Assembly: GCA_965242925.1 (NCBI GenBank)
Contig: CBDEUM010000012.1
Coordinates: forward strand, 32,001-96,000
DNA length: 64,000 bases
From: Roseibacillus sp.
GTDB taxonomy: Bacteria > Verrucomicrobiota > Verrucomicrobiia > Verrucomicrobiales > Akkermansiaceae
Direction: 5' to 3'
Shown: positions 1-9,120 of the stretch, in pieces
Layout: every line of letters begins with the position of its first letter
How positions within the stretch are numbered: the stretch's first letter is position 1
Translations under genes and position numbers: made by a program
Notes under the pieces: generated by a model
What the model saw: only the letters and a program-made list of their open reading frames with translations
What the model was told of the DNA's origin: nothing
The model's database searches: none

Positions 1-219
1 TATCAATCACCCGGAGGTTGACAGGACATTTCAGCTTTTTTCAGCAGTGGTGGCGGAAGCCGGGAAACGCAAGGGCATTGACACGCGCGACAGCTATCAT
101 TGTGGACGCATTGCCGGCAAACGAGTCGAGGATCCGCATTATACCTTGCGTGGATGGCGTGCCGTGGTGACCTACCTTTTGCGACACCCTGAGTTTCTCT
201 ACGAATAAACGACCCGGCC

Positions 220-1506
220 ATGCGACGCGACTTTCTGAAATTCTGTGGCCAGGCGGGACTTGGGTTGACGATGCCCGTAAGTTGGTCCAGCACGCTGCAC
301 GGTAAGACTGGGGAACCTGACCCTTACGAAGGCCCTTATTACGTCGTGTTCAATGCTTCCGGCGGATGGGACACCACCTGCCTGATGGACCCGAAGGGGG
401 TCAACGGCATTAATCGCCTCTACAAGGAGGGTGATATCATCACCCACGGAAAGCACAAGTTCGCCCCCACCGCCAATCAGGTCGAGAAAGGCATGAGTAA
501 TGAGGATTTCTACAAGGCCTACGGCTCGGAGTTGCTGGTTCTCAATGGCCTCGATTATTCCATTAACAACCATGCGCCCTGCCAGCGATACATGGCCACC
601 GGCAAGCTCGACAGCCTGGCCTATCCTACTTTCGCCGCCCTGGTCGCCGCCTGCAGGGGCCCGGAAACACCCCTTGCGTTCCTGACCTTCGGCAACTACT
701 CAACCACTGGAAACCTGGTGCCGATGGCAAGGATTCCCTACCTGCCCTCTCTCAGGCTGATTGCCAATGCCGACTCGATTCAAGGCGTTGCCCGCAATCT
801 CTACCATGATGATTTCGCCCAGGACCTGATCGAGAAAGCCTTGAGCGAACGGACCGGGGCACCTTCCAGGGATCATCCCCGTCTGCCCAGGGCTGAACGG
901 GCCCAGAGCATGCTCTATGCAGCCCAGAGCAATTCAAAGGCCCTCAAGCGGGTCACTCCTTACATACGCAACAATATTCCCAAGCAGCGATTGGCCCAAC
1001 AAGCGGAGATCGCGTTGTCCTGCTTTAAGGGCGGGGTCTGCGTGTCGGCCAACCTGTCCATTGGCCAGTTTGACAGCCACGCCAATAATGATCCGGACCA
1101 GATGAGACTGATACCCGAGTTCCTCGCCGGTATCGATTACTTGATGAAGCGTGCCGAGGAATTGAAAATCCGCGACAAGCTGGTCGTGATCATACAAAGT
1201 GAAATGGGTCGCACGCCCCATTACAACAAAGGCCAGGGCAAGGATCACTGGTCCATCGGTTCGATCATGTTCATGGGAGAAGGCATCCGTGGAAACCGTG
1301 TCATAGGAGCCACCGACGAACGGCAGTTCCTTCTTCCCATCAACAACAAGACGCTGACTATCGACAAGGAAGAAGGCATTCGCACCCGCCCCGAGCACAT
1401 TCACCGCGCACTGCGTGAACTGGCGGGAATTGAGGATCACGCCTTCAGCAGGAAGTTTCCGTTAAAGATTCCCGAAGGCGAGAGACTCCAAGGCCTCTTT
1501 GCATAG
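220..1506 (+). CDS. DUF1501 domain protein with Tat-type signal
   Basis: N-terminal MRRDFLK twin-arginine motif; GGWD, FDSH, SEMGRTP and DHW motifs typical of DUF1501. Confidence 0.8.
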   Translation: MRRDFLKFCGQAGLGLTMPVSWSSTLHGKTGEPDPYEGPYYVVFNASGGWDTTCLMDPKGVNGINRLYKEGDIITHGKHKFAPTANQVEKGMSNEDFYKAYGSELLVLNGLDYSINNHAPCQRYMATGKLDSLAYPTFAALVAACRGPETPLAFLTFGNYSTTGNLVPMARIPYLPSLRLIANADSIQGVARNLYHDDFAQDLIEKALSERTGAPSRDHPRLPRAERAQSMLYAAQSNSKALKRVTPYIRNNIPKQRLAQQAEIALSCFKGGVCVSANLSIGQFDSHANNDPDQMRLIPEFLAGIDYLMKRAEELKIRDKLVVIIQSEMGRTPHYNKGQGKDHWSIGSIMFMGEGIRGNRVIGATDERQFLLPINNKTLTIDKEEGIRTRPEHIHRALRELAGIEDHAFSRKFPLKIPEGERLQGLFA

Positions 1507-1645
1507 CTCCCTCTCCAACGTATTCCCCGCCACGGAAAATCCGTATCTTCCTTATTCTTCTTACTGGCCTGCTTCTCTTCCGAACATTAATGACCCGAGA
1601 AGTTCAGAACGATGCATGTGACGCAAGGGGGCATGGATCAATCCG

Positions 1646-1948
1646 ATGAAATCACCGATTGCCAGACTCGCCAGGCATATGCTGCTCATCACAGCGATTT
1701 ATGCCTTGGTTTGTATTCCCGCCATTCTCCTCTCGGAACGCTACGGCTGGACCCAGGCCCCATATCACCTGACCCAGATGATCGCCGTCATCCTGTGCCT
1801 TATCTCCTCCGTCGTGTTTCTCGCTGCCACCCGCTCTTCCCCATTCGGACCATGGCAGTGGCTGGCGTCCTCTGCCCTCGCGCTTTGCTTCCTCTGGCTT
1901 ACCTTCGCGGCCTACGCACTCGCGACCTACTCCGGCCCGGGAGACTGA
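1646..1948 (+). CDS. Small hypothetical membrane protein (3 TM)
   Basis: 100 aa ORF with three hydrophobic stretches. Confidence 0.6.
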   Translation: MKSPIARLARHMLLITAIYALVCIPAILLSERYGWTQAPYHLTQMIAVILCLISSVVFLAATRSSPFGPWQWLASSALALCFLWLTFAAYALATYSGPGD

Positions 1949-1979
1949 GACTTCAGGACACCCGGAATTGACTAAGAAG

Positions 1980-2065
1980 TGGTGGGCAGGGAAGGACTCG
2001 AACCTTCGAAGGCGTAAGCCAGCAGATTTACAGTCTGCCCCGTTTGACCACTTCGGTACCTACCC
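1980..2065 (-). tRNA. tRNA-Tyr(GTA)
   Basis: Reverse complement GGGTAGGTACCGAAGTGGTCAAACGGGGCAGACTGTAAATCTGCTGGCTTACGCCTTCGAAGGTTCGAGTCCTTCCCTGCCCACCA: acceptor stem, anticodon loop CTGTAAA, long variable arm, TTCGA T-loop, encoded CCA. Confidence 0.97.
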
Positions 2066-2186
2066 TTAAAGTGCGGAGCGGAGGGCATATGCCGGGGACT
2101 TCCTACGCTCAAGCCTAAAATATCAAGGCGAATCGAAGTGCTCCGGCCTTGCATGAAGGAACCGGGGCCGTTAAGGGGCTCGTGTC

Positions 2187-3214
2187 ATGCCTATTGCAAC
2201 TCCTGAGCAATACCGCCAAATGCTGGATGCCGCCCAGAAGGGTGGATACGCCTATCCCGCAATCAACATCACTTCCCTGACAACCGCCAACGGGGCCCTC
2301 AAGGCCTTTTCCGAGGCCAATTCAGACGGGATCATCCAGCTCTCCTCCGGGGGCGGGCAGTTTGCCTCCGGTCTAGCGGTCAATGACGCGGCCTTCGGGT
2401 CCATCGTGCTGGCTGAGGCCGTCCACCGTCTCGCCGAGAAATACGACGTCCTGATCGGACTCCATACCGATCACTGCCATCCCGGAAAGGTGGACAGCTT
2501 CCTGCGGCCCCTCCTGAAGGAATCCCGCCGCCGCAAGGAAAACGGACAGGGCCCTCTCTTCCAGTCGCACATGCTCGATGCCTCCGAACTCCCCCTCGAC
2601 GAGAACATGACCCTCTCGGTGGAGATCATGAAGGAGTGCGTGGAACTCGACATCATCCTCGAAGTCGAGGCCGGCGTGGTGGGCGGCGAGGAGGACGGGC
2701 ACGATACCTCGGGCCTGCCCGCGGAAAAGCTCTACACCACCCCGGAGGATATGATGACAGTCTACGAGACGTTGAATCCGCTCGTCGCTTCATGTTCGCC
2801 GCCACTTTTGGGAATGTGCACGGTGCCTACAAGCCCGGTGCTGTAAAACTCAAGCCCACCATCCTCCGGGATGGGCAGAAGACCGTGATGGACAAGCATG
2901 GGGAGGATGCCGAAATGGATCTTGTCTTCCACGGCGGAAGCGGATCTTCACTGGAGGACCTTCGGGAAACCCTCGATTACGGGGTGATCAAGATGAACAT
3001 CGATACCGACACCCAGTATGCCTTCACCCGTCCGGTGGTGACTCACATCTGCGAGAATATCGAGGGTGTCCTCAAGATCGAGGACGAGGTCGGGAACAAG
3101 AAGGTCTACGACCCCCGTTCCTATCTCAAGAAGGCCGAGCAGAGCCTTTGCGACCGCCTGAAGCGCGCCTGCGACGACCTGCTTTCCACCGGGAACAGCA
3201 TCTACCAGTCCTAA
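2187..3214 (+). CDS. fbaA: Class II fructose-bisphosphate aldolase (frameshift near 2784, probably a sequence error)
   Basis: HTDHC, EAGVVGGEEDG in ORF 2187-2846; GNVHGAYKPG, FHGGSG, KMNIDTD, YDPR in ORF 2636-3214; restoring one G (ctc ggt cgc ttc) joins them. Confidence 0.93.
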
Positions 3215-3293
3215 TAAGGGGCCGGCAGGCCCAGGGTCGAAGGCCGCGCGTCGGGGCCTTTGACCTTCGCCTTCCCGACTCCTCCCCGTCCTC

Positions 3294-4097
3294 ATGTCCG
3301 ACGTCGCTGCCAAGCCTCCGCAGGAAAACCCGCTGACCAACATCCTCGTCAACGTCCTGGTGCCCATCCTGGCCCTGACGATGATGAGCGACGATCCGGC
3401 GATCCTGGAACAGCTCCGTGCCGAGGGAGTGGACGCCAAGGAACCCCGCCTGTGGCACCTCGGACCGGTCAAGGCCCTCGTTATCGCCCTGACCCTGCCT
3501 GTCTGTTACGGGATCTGGTTCTTCTGCCAGCACCGGAAACTCAATTTCTTCTCGGTCATCGGATTGATCTCGGTACTCCTGACCGGCGGTCTCACCCTCT
3601 ACCTCTGGCAGGAGGATGGAAGTGTTCGGTCCAATGCCCCCACCCTCTTCGGGATCAAGGAAGGATCAATTCCTCTCATCCTCGGACTCGCCATCTTCGG
3701 ATCGCACTGGACGAAGACCCCTCTCCTCAACACCTTTCTCTATAGCCCCCAGATTTTCGACATCGGGAAAATCGAGCGGGTGGTGAAGGAAAGAGCCGCG
3801 GCAGAGGGCTATGCGCGGCTCCTCTTCACCTGTACCATCTTTTTCTCTGCTTCCTTCCTCGTCAGCACCGTTGCCAACTTTCTCCTCGCCCAGCACTTCC
3901 TCGGGGACATCAATTTCAATGACAAGCTGGAGGCTCGCCGCCAGTACAACAACGGAGTAGGTAAGCTCACCTTCTGGGGATTCATTGCCATAGGAGTGCC
4001 CATCCTCGTAATCCTCATGTTCGTGATGTGGCACCTCGTGAAGGGCATCAAGAAACTCACCGGCTTGGACACCGAGGAGATCCTCCTGCCTCGCTAG
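3294..4097 (+). CDS. VC0807-family-like integral membrane protein
   Basis: ENPLxNILVNVLxP start, NFFSVIGLISVLLTGG, FGIKEGSIP; multiple TM helices. Confidence 0.7.
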   Translation: MSDVAAKPPQENPLTNILVNVLVPILALTMMSDDPAILEQLRAEGVDAKEPRLWHLGPVKALVIALTLPVCYGIWFFCQHRKLNFFSVIGLISVLLTGGLTLYLWQEDGSVRSNAPTLFGIKEGSIPLILGLAIFGSHWTKTPLLNTFLYSPQIFDIGKIERVVKERAAAEGYARLLFTCTIFFSASFLVSTVANFLLAQHFLGDINFNDKLEARRQYNNGVGKLTFWGFIAIGVPILVILMFVMWHLVKGIKKLTGLDTEEILLPR

Positions 4098-4106
4098 GGA
4101 AGGCCC

Positions 4107-4382
4107 TCAGTCCACGAAGTTGTCGATGCGCCGGGCTACTTCGAAATCTGCCGCGGTAAGGGCGCCCTTGGAATGCGTGGTCAGGCGCAGGCTCACCCGG
4201 AGATAGCGGATATCGATGTCCGGATGGTGCCCGGCGTCCTCGGCAATCCCGGCAACCCCATTGACGAAATCGATGGCCTTGGGAAAGGACTCGAATTCAA
4301 AGGTCCGGCCTATTTCCTTCCCCTTCAGTTCCCAGGCTGGGCACCGGGTGAGGCCATCGGCGAAGTCGTCGGTTGGGTCCAT
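4107..4382 (-). CDS. phhB: Pterin-4-alpha-carbinolamine dehydratase
   Basis: F-E-S-F-x-x-A-I-x-F-V-N, AEDAGHHPDI and LTTHS motifs; start uncertain. Confidence 0.85.
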   Translation of the reverse strand: MDPTDDFADGLTRCPAWELKGKEIGRTFEFESFPKAIDFVNGVAGIAEDAGHHPDIDIRYLRVSLRLTTHSKGALTAADFEVARRIDNFVD

Positions 4383-4605
4383 GAGACGACAATCTGTCAC
4401 CTTCCAAGCATGGCTGGCAAGGCGGTTTGAGGGACAAAAACAGCTGCAAGGGAGCATCTCGCTCCCGAGCACTTCTCACATCACCACAGCTATTGAGATT
4501 GCGCCGGCAGGGAACAGCGCCCCTTCGCAAGGCAGGACGCTTGAATTCCGCTCCATCGGGGGGTCTAATTGCTGTTCACACGTTCCCATCGCTGTCCTAC
4601 ACCTT

Positions 4606-5280
4606 ATGAAACACCTCCTTTTCCTTTCGCTGGCAGGGGCCTGTCTTGTCTTTGTCTCATGCTCGACATCCTCTGGAATCTACGGCGGATCCGGGCGCTA
4701 CGCAGCCTACGATCTCCCCGCCTCCAAGCCATCGGATCCAACCCAGGTCAGGGTCAAGGTCTCGATCAGAAACCAGGCCGCCTACGTGATGGAGGGCAAC
4801 CGACCGCTCCTGGTGATGCCGGTAGCGGTAGGAACCTCAAACAACCCCACTCCGCAGGGCAGCTTCCGCATCTTCATAAAGGATCACAAGCACCGCGCCA
4901 ACAGCCACGGCTACGCCTACAACGGCAATTCAGTGGTCCAGACCTGGCTCTCCAAGAAACCTGCGGGATGGAAATTCAAGGGCACGCCCATGCCCTACTG
5001 GTGCGAATTCAAGTCCAACTACGGGTTTCACACCGGCTGGATGAAACCCTACCCCTGTACCTACGGCTGCCTCCGCATGCACGAAAACCTGGCGCCCAAG
5101 TTCTACAGCCTGATAAGGGTAGGCACCCCGGTAAGTATCAGCACCACCCAGCCGGAGGACGCAACCATCGGCCGGAACATCCCAAGACCTCCCGATGCCG
5201 GACCGCTTCCCGATTATCCACATTCCTTTTACCTCGGAAACAGCTACTTCACAAAGCACAAGACTCCCAGCTACCGATAG
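4606..5280 (+). CDS. L,D-transpeptidase (YkuD) lipoprotein
   Basis: Lipobox LVFVSC; TPQGSF, MPYW, GFHTG...TYGCLRM, VGTPVSI. Confidence 0.85.
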   Translation: MKHLLFLSLAGACLVFVSCSTSSGIYGGSGRYAAYDLPASKPSDPTQVRVKVSIRNQAAYVMEGNRPLLVMPVAVGTSNNPTPQGSFRIFIKDHKHRANSHGYAYNGNSVVQTWLSKKPAGWKFKGTPMPYWCEFKSNYGFHTGWMKPYPCTYGCLRMHENLAPKFYSLIRVGTPVSISTTQPEDATIGRNIPRPPDAGPLPDYPHSFYLGNSYFTKHKTPSYR

Positions 5281-5340
5281 AACGGTCTGCTCTTTCCCAA
5301 CCCCGTCCCGGCGGGAGGGTGTCAGCACCTCGGCGAAGTC

Positions 5341-5958
5341 CTAATTGACCACGAGCAGAACCGCAAGAGTCAGGAGTCCGACCCCAAAGCCGGTATCGAA
5401 CCAGGGGCCCGCCCGCTGGTAGCCATTCCGGAATGGTCGGAACTGGAGCATCCAGACGTAAAGAAACCAGAGAACAAATCCCTGAATGACGATGATCAAC
5501 CAAAGAGCGGAAGACCACCAGCCAGGACGATCCCCGGCGACAAACTCGGTCACTACCGCTGCAAAGATGAGCGCCACCTTGGGGTTGAGAATATTGCAGA
5601 GCAGACCGCGCACGTAGGCTGACCGTCCATTTTCACTCTCGCCTTCCTCGCGGCGCCTCCCTCGATGCATCACCGCAAGAACGGCAGGCAGGAGACGTAA
5701 TCCCAGATAGGCAAGATAGAGGGCTGCCACCCACCGAAGAGCGCCGGTGAGCCATTCACCCTTCCCCATGAGATAAGCCATCCCGAACACGGCCACGGTG
5801 GCATGCACACACAACCCGGTGGCAATTCCCGCCGCCGTCCACCATCCGGCAGAGCGCCCCTGCGCCAGGGACGTGCGGGTGAGCAGCAGCATGTCGGGCC
5901 CCGGACTGAATTGCCCGAGCGCCATCACACCTGCAAACACCAGGAGATCACCGATCAC
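5341..5958 (-). CDS. LysE/RhtB family translocator
   Basis: SPGPD and NILNPKV motifs, about six TM segments; GTG start inferred. Confidence 0.88.
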   Translation of the reverse strand: MIGDLLVFAGVMALGQFSPGPDMLLLTRTSLAQGRSAGWWTAAGIATGLCVHATVAVFGMAYLMGKGEWLTGALRWVAALYLAYLGLRLLPAVLAVMHRGRRREEGESENGRSAYVRGLLCNILNPKVALIFAAVVTEFVAGDRPGWWSSALWLIIVIQGFVLWFLYVWMLQFRPFRNGYQRAGPWFDTGFGVGLLTLAVLLVVN

Positions 5959-6272
5959 CCGGAGAGAAGAGCAGCCGCATCGCCCCGCTGCAATGTCAAC
6001 GACGATCCAAAAACAGACAGCTACGGAACTCGTTTTCCGGCTCCCCTCTATTTCCGCCAATCACCGAAGGAAAATACCGGGAAATGAATCATGGTGCAAC
6101 GCAGACCATTCCCTGCCGCCGCCCTGGGCCCCTTTCGTTCTTTGACAATCCTCCCTGAATTCCTACCCTGCAGATCCTCAAGACAAGGAGGCAAGCCCCG
6201 CACGGTGAGCAGCTTTCTTTCGACAGCTCCCTCCCCTTTCCAACCTGTTAATATTTGAAAGTCGCAAGCCCC

Positions 6273-9065
6273 ATGGACACCCTCCGCACCTTCCCCACCG
6301 GCTCCGGCTCCGGCTCCGGCTCCGAGGGACAATTCTACTCGCTTCCCGCCCTCGCTGAGCAGGGATTCCCGAACCTCCCGCGTCTTCCGATCTCCATCCG
6401 GATTGTTCTTGAATCCATTCTGCGCAATGTCGATGGCAAGAAAGTCACCGAGGAGGATGTCCGGAACCTGGCCAGCTGGAACGCCAGGGCGCCCGGCGAC
6501 TATGAAATCCCGTTTACGGTCGCCCGCATCGTGCTGCAGGACTTCACCGGGGTTCCCCTCCTCGTTGACGTTGCGGCCATGCGGGACGCAGCCGTAAAGC
6601 AGGGCGCGGAAGCAGAAGCCATCGAACCCCTTGTCCCGGTCGACCTCGTCGTCGATCACTCCGTGCAGGTTGATTTCGCCGGCTCCCCGCAGGCACTCGA
6701 CCGCAACATGGAAATTGAGTTCATTCGCAATCGCGAGCGCTACGAGTTCCTCAAGTGGGGCCAGCAGGCCTTCGACACCTTCTCGGTTGTTCCTCCGGGG
6801 ATCGGAATCGTGCACCAGGTCAATCTGGAGCATCTCGCCAAGGGAGTTCTTTCCAGAGGCAACGTCTACTACCCCGACACCCTGGTGGGAACCGACTCAC
6901 ACACCACCATGATCAATGGTGTGGGCGCAGTCGGATGGGGCGTGGGCGGAATTGAAGCGGAGGCCGGCATGCTCGGTCAGCCCGTCACTTTCCTGGTCCC
7001 TGAAGTAGTGGGCGTCTGCCTGCACGGCCAACTCGGGGAAGGGGTCACCGCCACGGACCTCACCCTGCGTATCACGGAGATGCTGCGGGCGCACGGCGTA
7101 GTGGGCAAGTTCGTCGAGTTCCACGGACCAGGAGCGCAGGACCTCACCCTGCCTGATCGTGCCACCATCGCCAATATGGCACCAGAGTATGGAGCTACCA
7201 TGGGGTTCTTCCCGGTGGACGAGGAAACAATCAACTACCTCGTGGGCACGGGCCGCGACCCCGCGCTCTGTGAGACCGTGCGGAATTATTTCCAGGCCCA
7301 GGACATGTTCGGCATCCCCGATAAGGGCCAATGCGACTACACCGACCTTCTCGAACTGGACCTGGCTTCCATTCAGCCCTCGGTCTCCGGCCCGAAACGC
7401 CCCCAGGATCGCATCGAGGTGCCGCGGCTCCGCGAACGCTTCGACGAGCTTTTTACCTCCCCTGCCACCGAGGGAGGTTTTGGCGAACCCGCTGACAAAC
7501 GCGAAACCCGCATGCCCGTGCACCTCGACAGCCCCGCGGGCGAGTTCGATTCGCCCATCCTCGACGGTGAGACCATCACCGCGATAGATACGGACACTTC
7601 AATCGCGCACGGTTCGATCCTCATCGCAGCAATTACCAGCTGCACCAATACTTCCAACCCGAGCGTCATGCTGGCAGCCGGCCTTCTCGCCAGGAAAGCC
7701 AACGAAAAGGGACTGACCATCGCGCCTTACGTGAAAACGTCCCTCGCGCCGGGATCGCGCGTGGTGACCGACTACCTTGACGCCACTGGCCTGAGCCCGG
7801 AACTCGACAAACTCGGATTCCAGACCGTGGGCTACGGATGCACAACCTGCATCGGCAACTCGGGTCCGCTCCATCCGGCCATCGAGTCCGCGCTCAAGGA
7901 GGGAGACCTCGTATGTGCCTCGGTGCTCTCCGGGAACCGCAACTTCGAGGCGCGGGTCCACGGCGCGGTCCGCGCAAATTTCCTCATGTCGCCTCCCCTG
8001 GTGGTGGCCTATGCCCTGGCCGGGAGGGTCGACCTCGATCTCAGCACCGAACCCCTGGCAAGCGATGAGGACGGCAATCCCGTCTTTCTGAGGGATATCT
8101 GGCCCTCACATGCCGAAATCAGGGAGCAAATGGAAGCAGCCCTCAACCCGGAAGTATTCAACAAGCTCTACGGCGATTTCGACACCGCCAATCCAAAGTG
8201 GAGCCAGATCCCCGGCCAGGCGGGGGCGACTTATCCGTGGGACGAAAATTCCACCTATATCCAGCACCCGCCTTTCTTCGACGGCTTCACAGGAACCCCG
8301 GGCGACATCATCGACATCGTGGATGCCCGCCCGCTGGGCATTTTTGGTGACTCGGTCACCACCGACCACATTTCTCCCGCTGGCGCAATCAAGGAGGACT
8401 CTCCCGCCGGAAGCTACCTCCTCGAAAACGGAGTGGAAAAAGCCCAGTTCAATTCCTTCGGTTCCCGGCGTGGGAATGACCGGGTAATGACCCGTGGCAC
8501 TTTTGGCAATGTCCGGATCAAGAACCTCATGGTCCCCGGCACCGAAGGCGGCTACACCGTCTACCATGGGACCGGCGAAGTTCCGGACCTTGGCCTGCCA
8601 AAAACGACTCCGGGGGGAACCGCCACTCACATTTATGATGCCTCCCAGGCCTACCAGTCCGATGGCACCTCCCTCGTGGTGATTGGCGGAAGCGATTACG
8701 GCATGGGGTCCTCCCGCGACTGGGCTGCCAAGGGAACCCGTCTCCTTGGCGTAAGAGCGGTGGTTACCAAGTCCTTTGAACGCATTCACCGTTCCAACTT
8801 GATCGGGATGGGCGTTCTTCCGCTCACCTTCGTCGAAGAATCCGACTATGACAGGGTCTCGAACCTGCATGATGCAACCTTCTCGATCACCGGTTTAAGC
8901 AACGACCTGACTCCCCGTAGCAAAGTCACCCTGACGGCCATAAGTGCCGATGGGCCAACCGTGGAAGTTCCCGTGGTGGTACGACTGGATACGCCGGTGG
9001 AGATTGATTACTACCGGGCGGGTGGAATCCTGCCTTACGTCCTGGCCCAGATTCTTGCGGGCTAG
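6273..9065 (+). CDS. acnA: Aconitate hydratase A
   Basis: [55 protein letters not shown]. Confidence 0.97.
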   Translation: MDTLRTFPTGSGSGSGSEGQFYSLPALAEQGFPNLPRLPISIRIVLESILRNVDGKKVTEEDVRNLASWNARAPGDYEIPFTVARIVLQDFTGVPLLVDVAAMRDAAVKQGAEAEAIEPLVPVDLVVDHSVQVDFAGSPQALDRNMEIEFIRNRERYEFLKWGQQAFDTFSVVPPGIGIVHQVNLEHLAKGVLSRGNVYYPDTLVGTDSHTTMINGVGAVGWGVGGIEAEAGMLGQPVTFLVPEVVGVCLHGQLGEGVTATDLTLRITEMLRAHGVVGKFVEFHGPGAQDLTLPDRATIANMAPEYGATMGFFPVDEETINYLVGTGRDPALCETVRNYFQAQDMFGIPDKGQCDYTDLLELDLASIQPSVSGPKRPQDRIEVPRLRERFDELFTSPATEGGFGEPADKRETRMPVHLDSPAGEFDSPILDGETITAIDTDTSIAHGSILIAAITSCTNTSNPSVMLAAGLLARKANEKGLTIAPYVKTSLAPGSRVVTDYLDATGLSPELDKLGFQTVGYGCTTCIGNSGPLHPAIESALKEGDLVCASVLSGNRNFEARVHGAVRANFLMSPPLVVAYALAGRVDLDLSTEPLASDEDGNPVFLRDIWPSHAEIREQMEAALNPEVFNKLYGDFDTANPKWSQIPGQAGATYPWDENSTYIQHPPFFDGFTGTPGDIIDIVDARPLGIFGDSVTTDHISPAGAIKEDSPAGSYLLENGVEKAQFNSFGSRRGNDRVMTRGTFGNVRIKNLMVPGTEGGYTVYHGTGEVPDLGLPKTTPGGTATHIYDASQAYQSDGTSLVVIGGSDYGMGSSRDWAAKGTRLLGVRAVVTKSFERIHRSNLIGMGVLPLTFVEESDYDRVSNLHDATFSITGLSNDLTPRSKVTLTAISADGPTVEVPVVVRLDTPVEIDYYRAGGILPYVLAQILAG
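6300..6323 (+). repeat. (GGCTCC)4 in-frame hexanucleotide repeat encoding GSGSGSGS in the acnA N-terminus
   Basis: Directly visible perfect tandem repeat. Confidence 0.9.
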
Positions 9066-9120
9066 GCCCACGGGGCGATTCGACATTTCTGCCTTCCCGC
9101 TTATAGTGAGGGAACCCCCC

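Noticed and set aside
1..1979. Possible island integrated at the tRNA-Tyr 3' end
   Set aside because: No integrase or att duplication is visible in the window, so it cannot be supported.
1980..2065. tRNA with a long variable arm as possible tRNA-Sec
   Set aside because: The anticodon is GTA and the acceptor stem is 7 bp; it is tRNA-Tyr.
2770..2800. Programmed frameshifting in fbaA (and likewise rapA)
   Set aside because: No slippery heptamer or stimulatory structure seen; sequencing error is more parsimonious.
6142..6169. Sigma70-like promoter for acnA (TTGACA-16-TACCCT)
   Set aside because: The -10 match is too weak to call from sequence alone.
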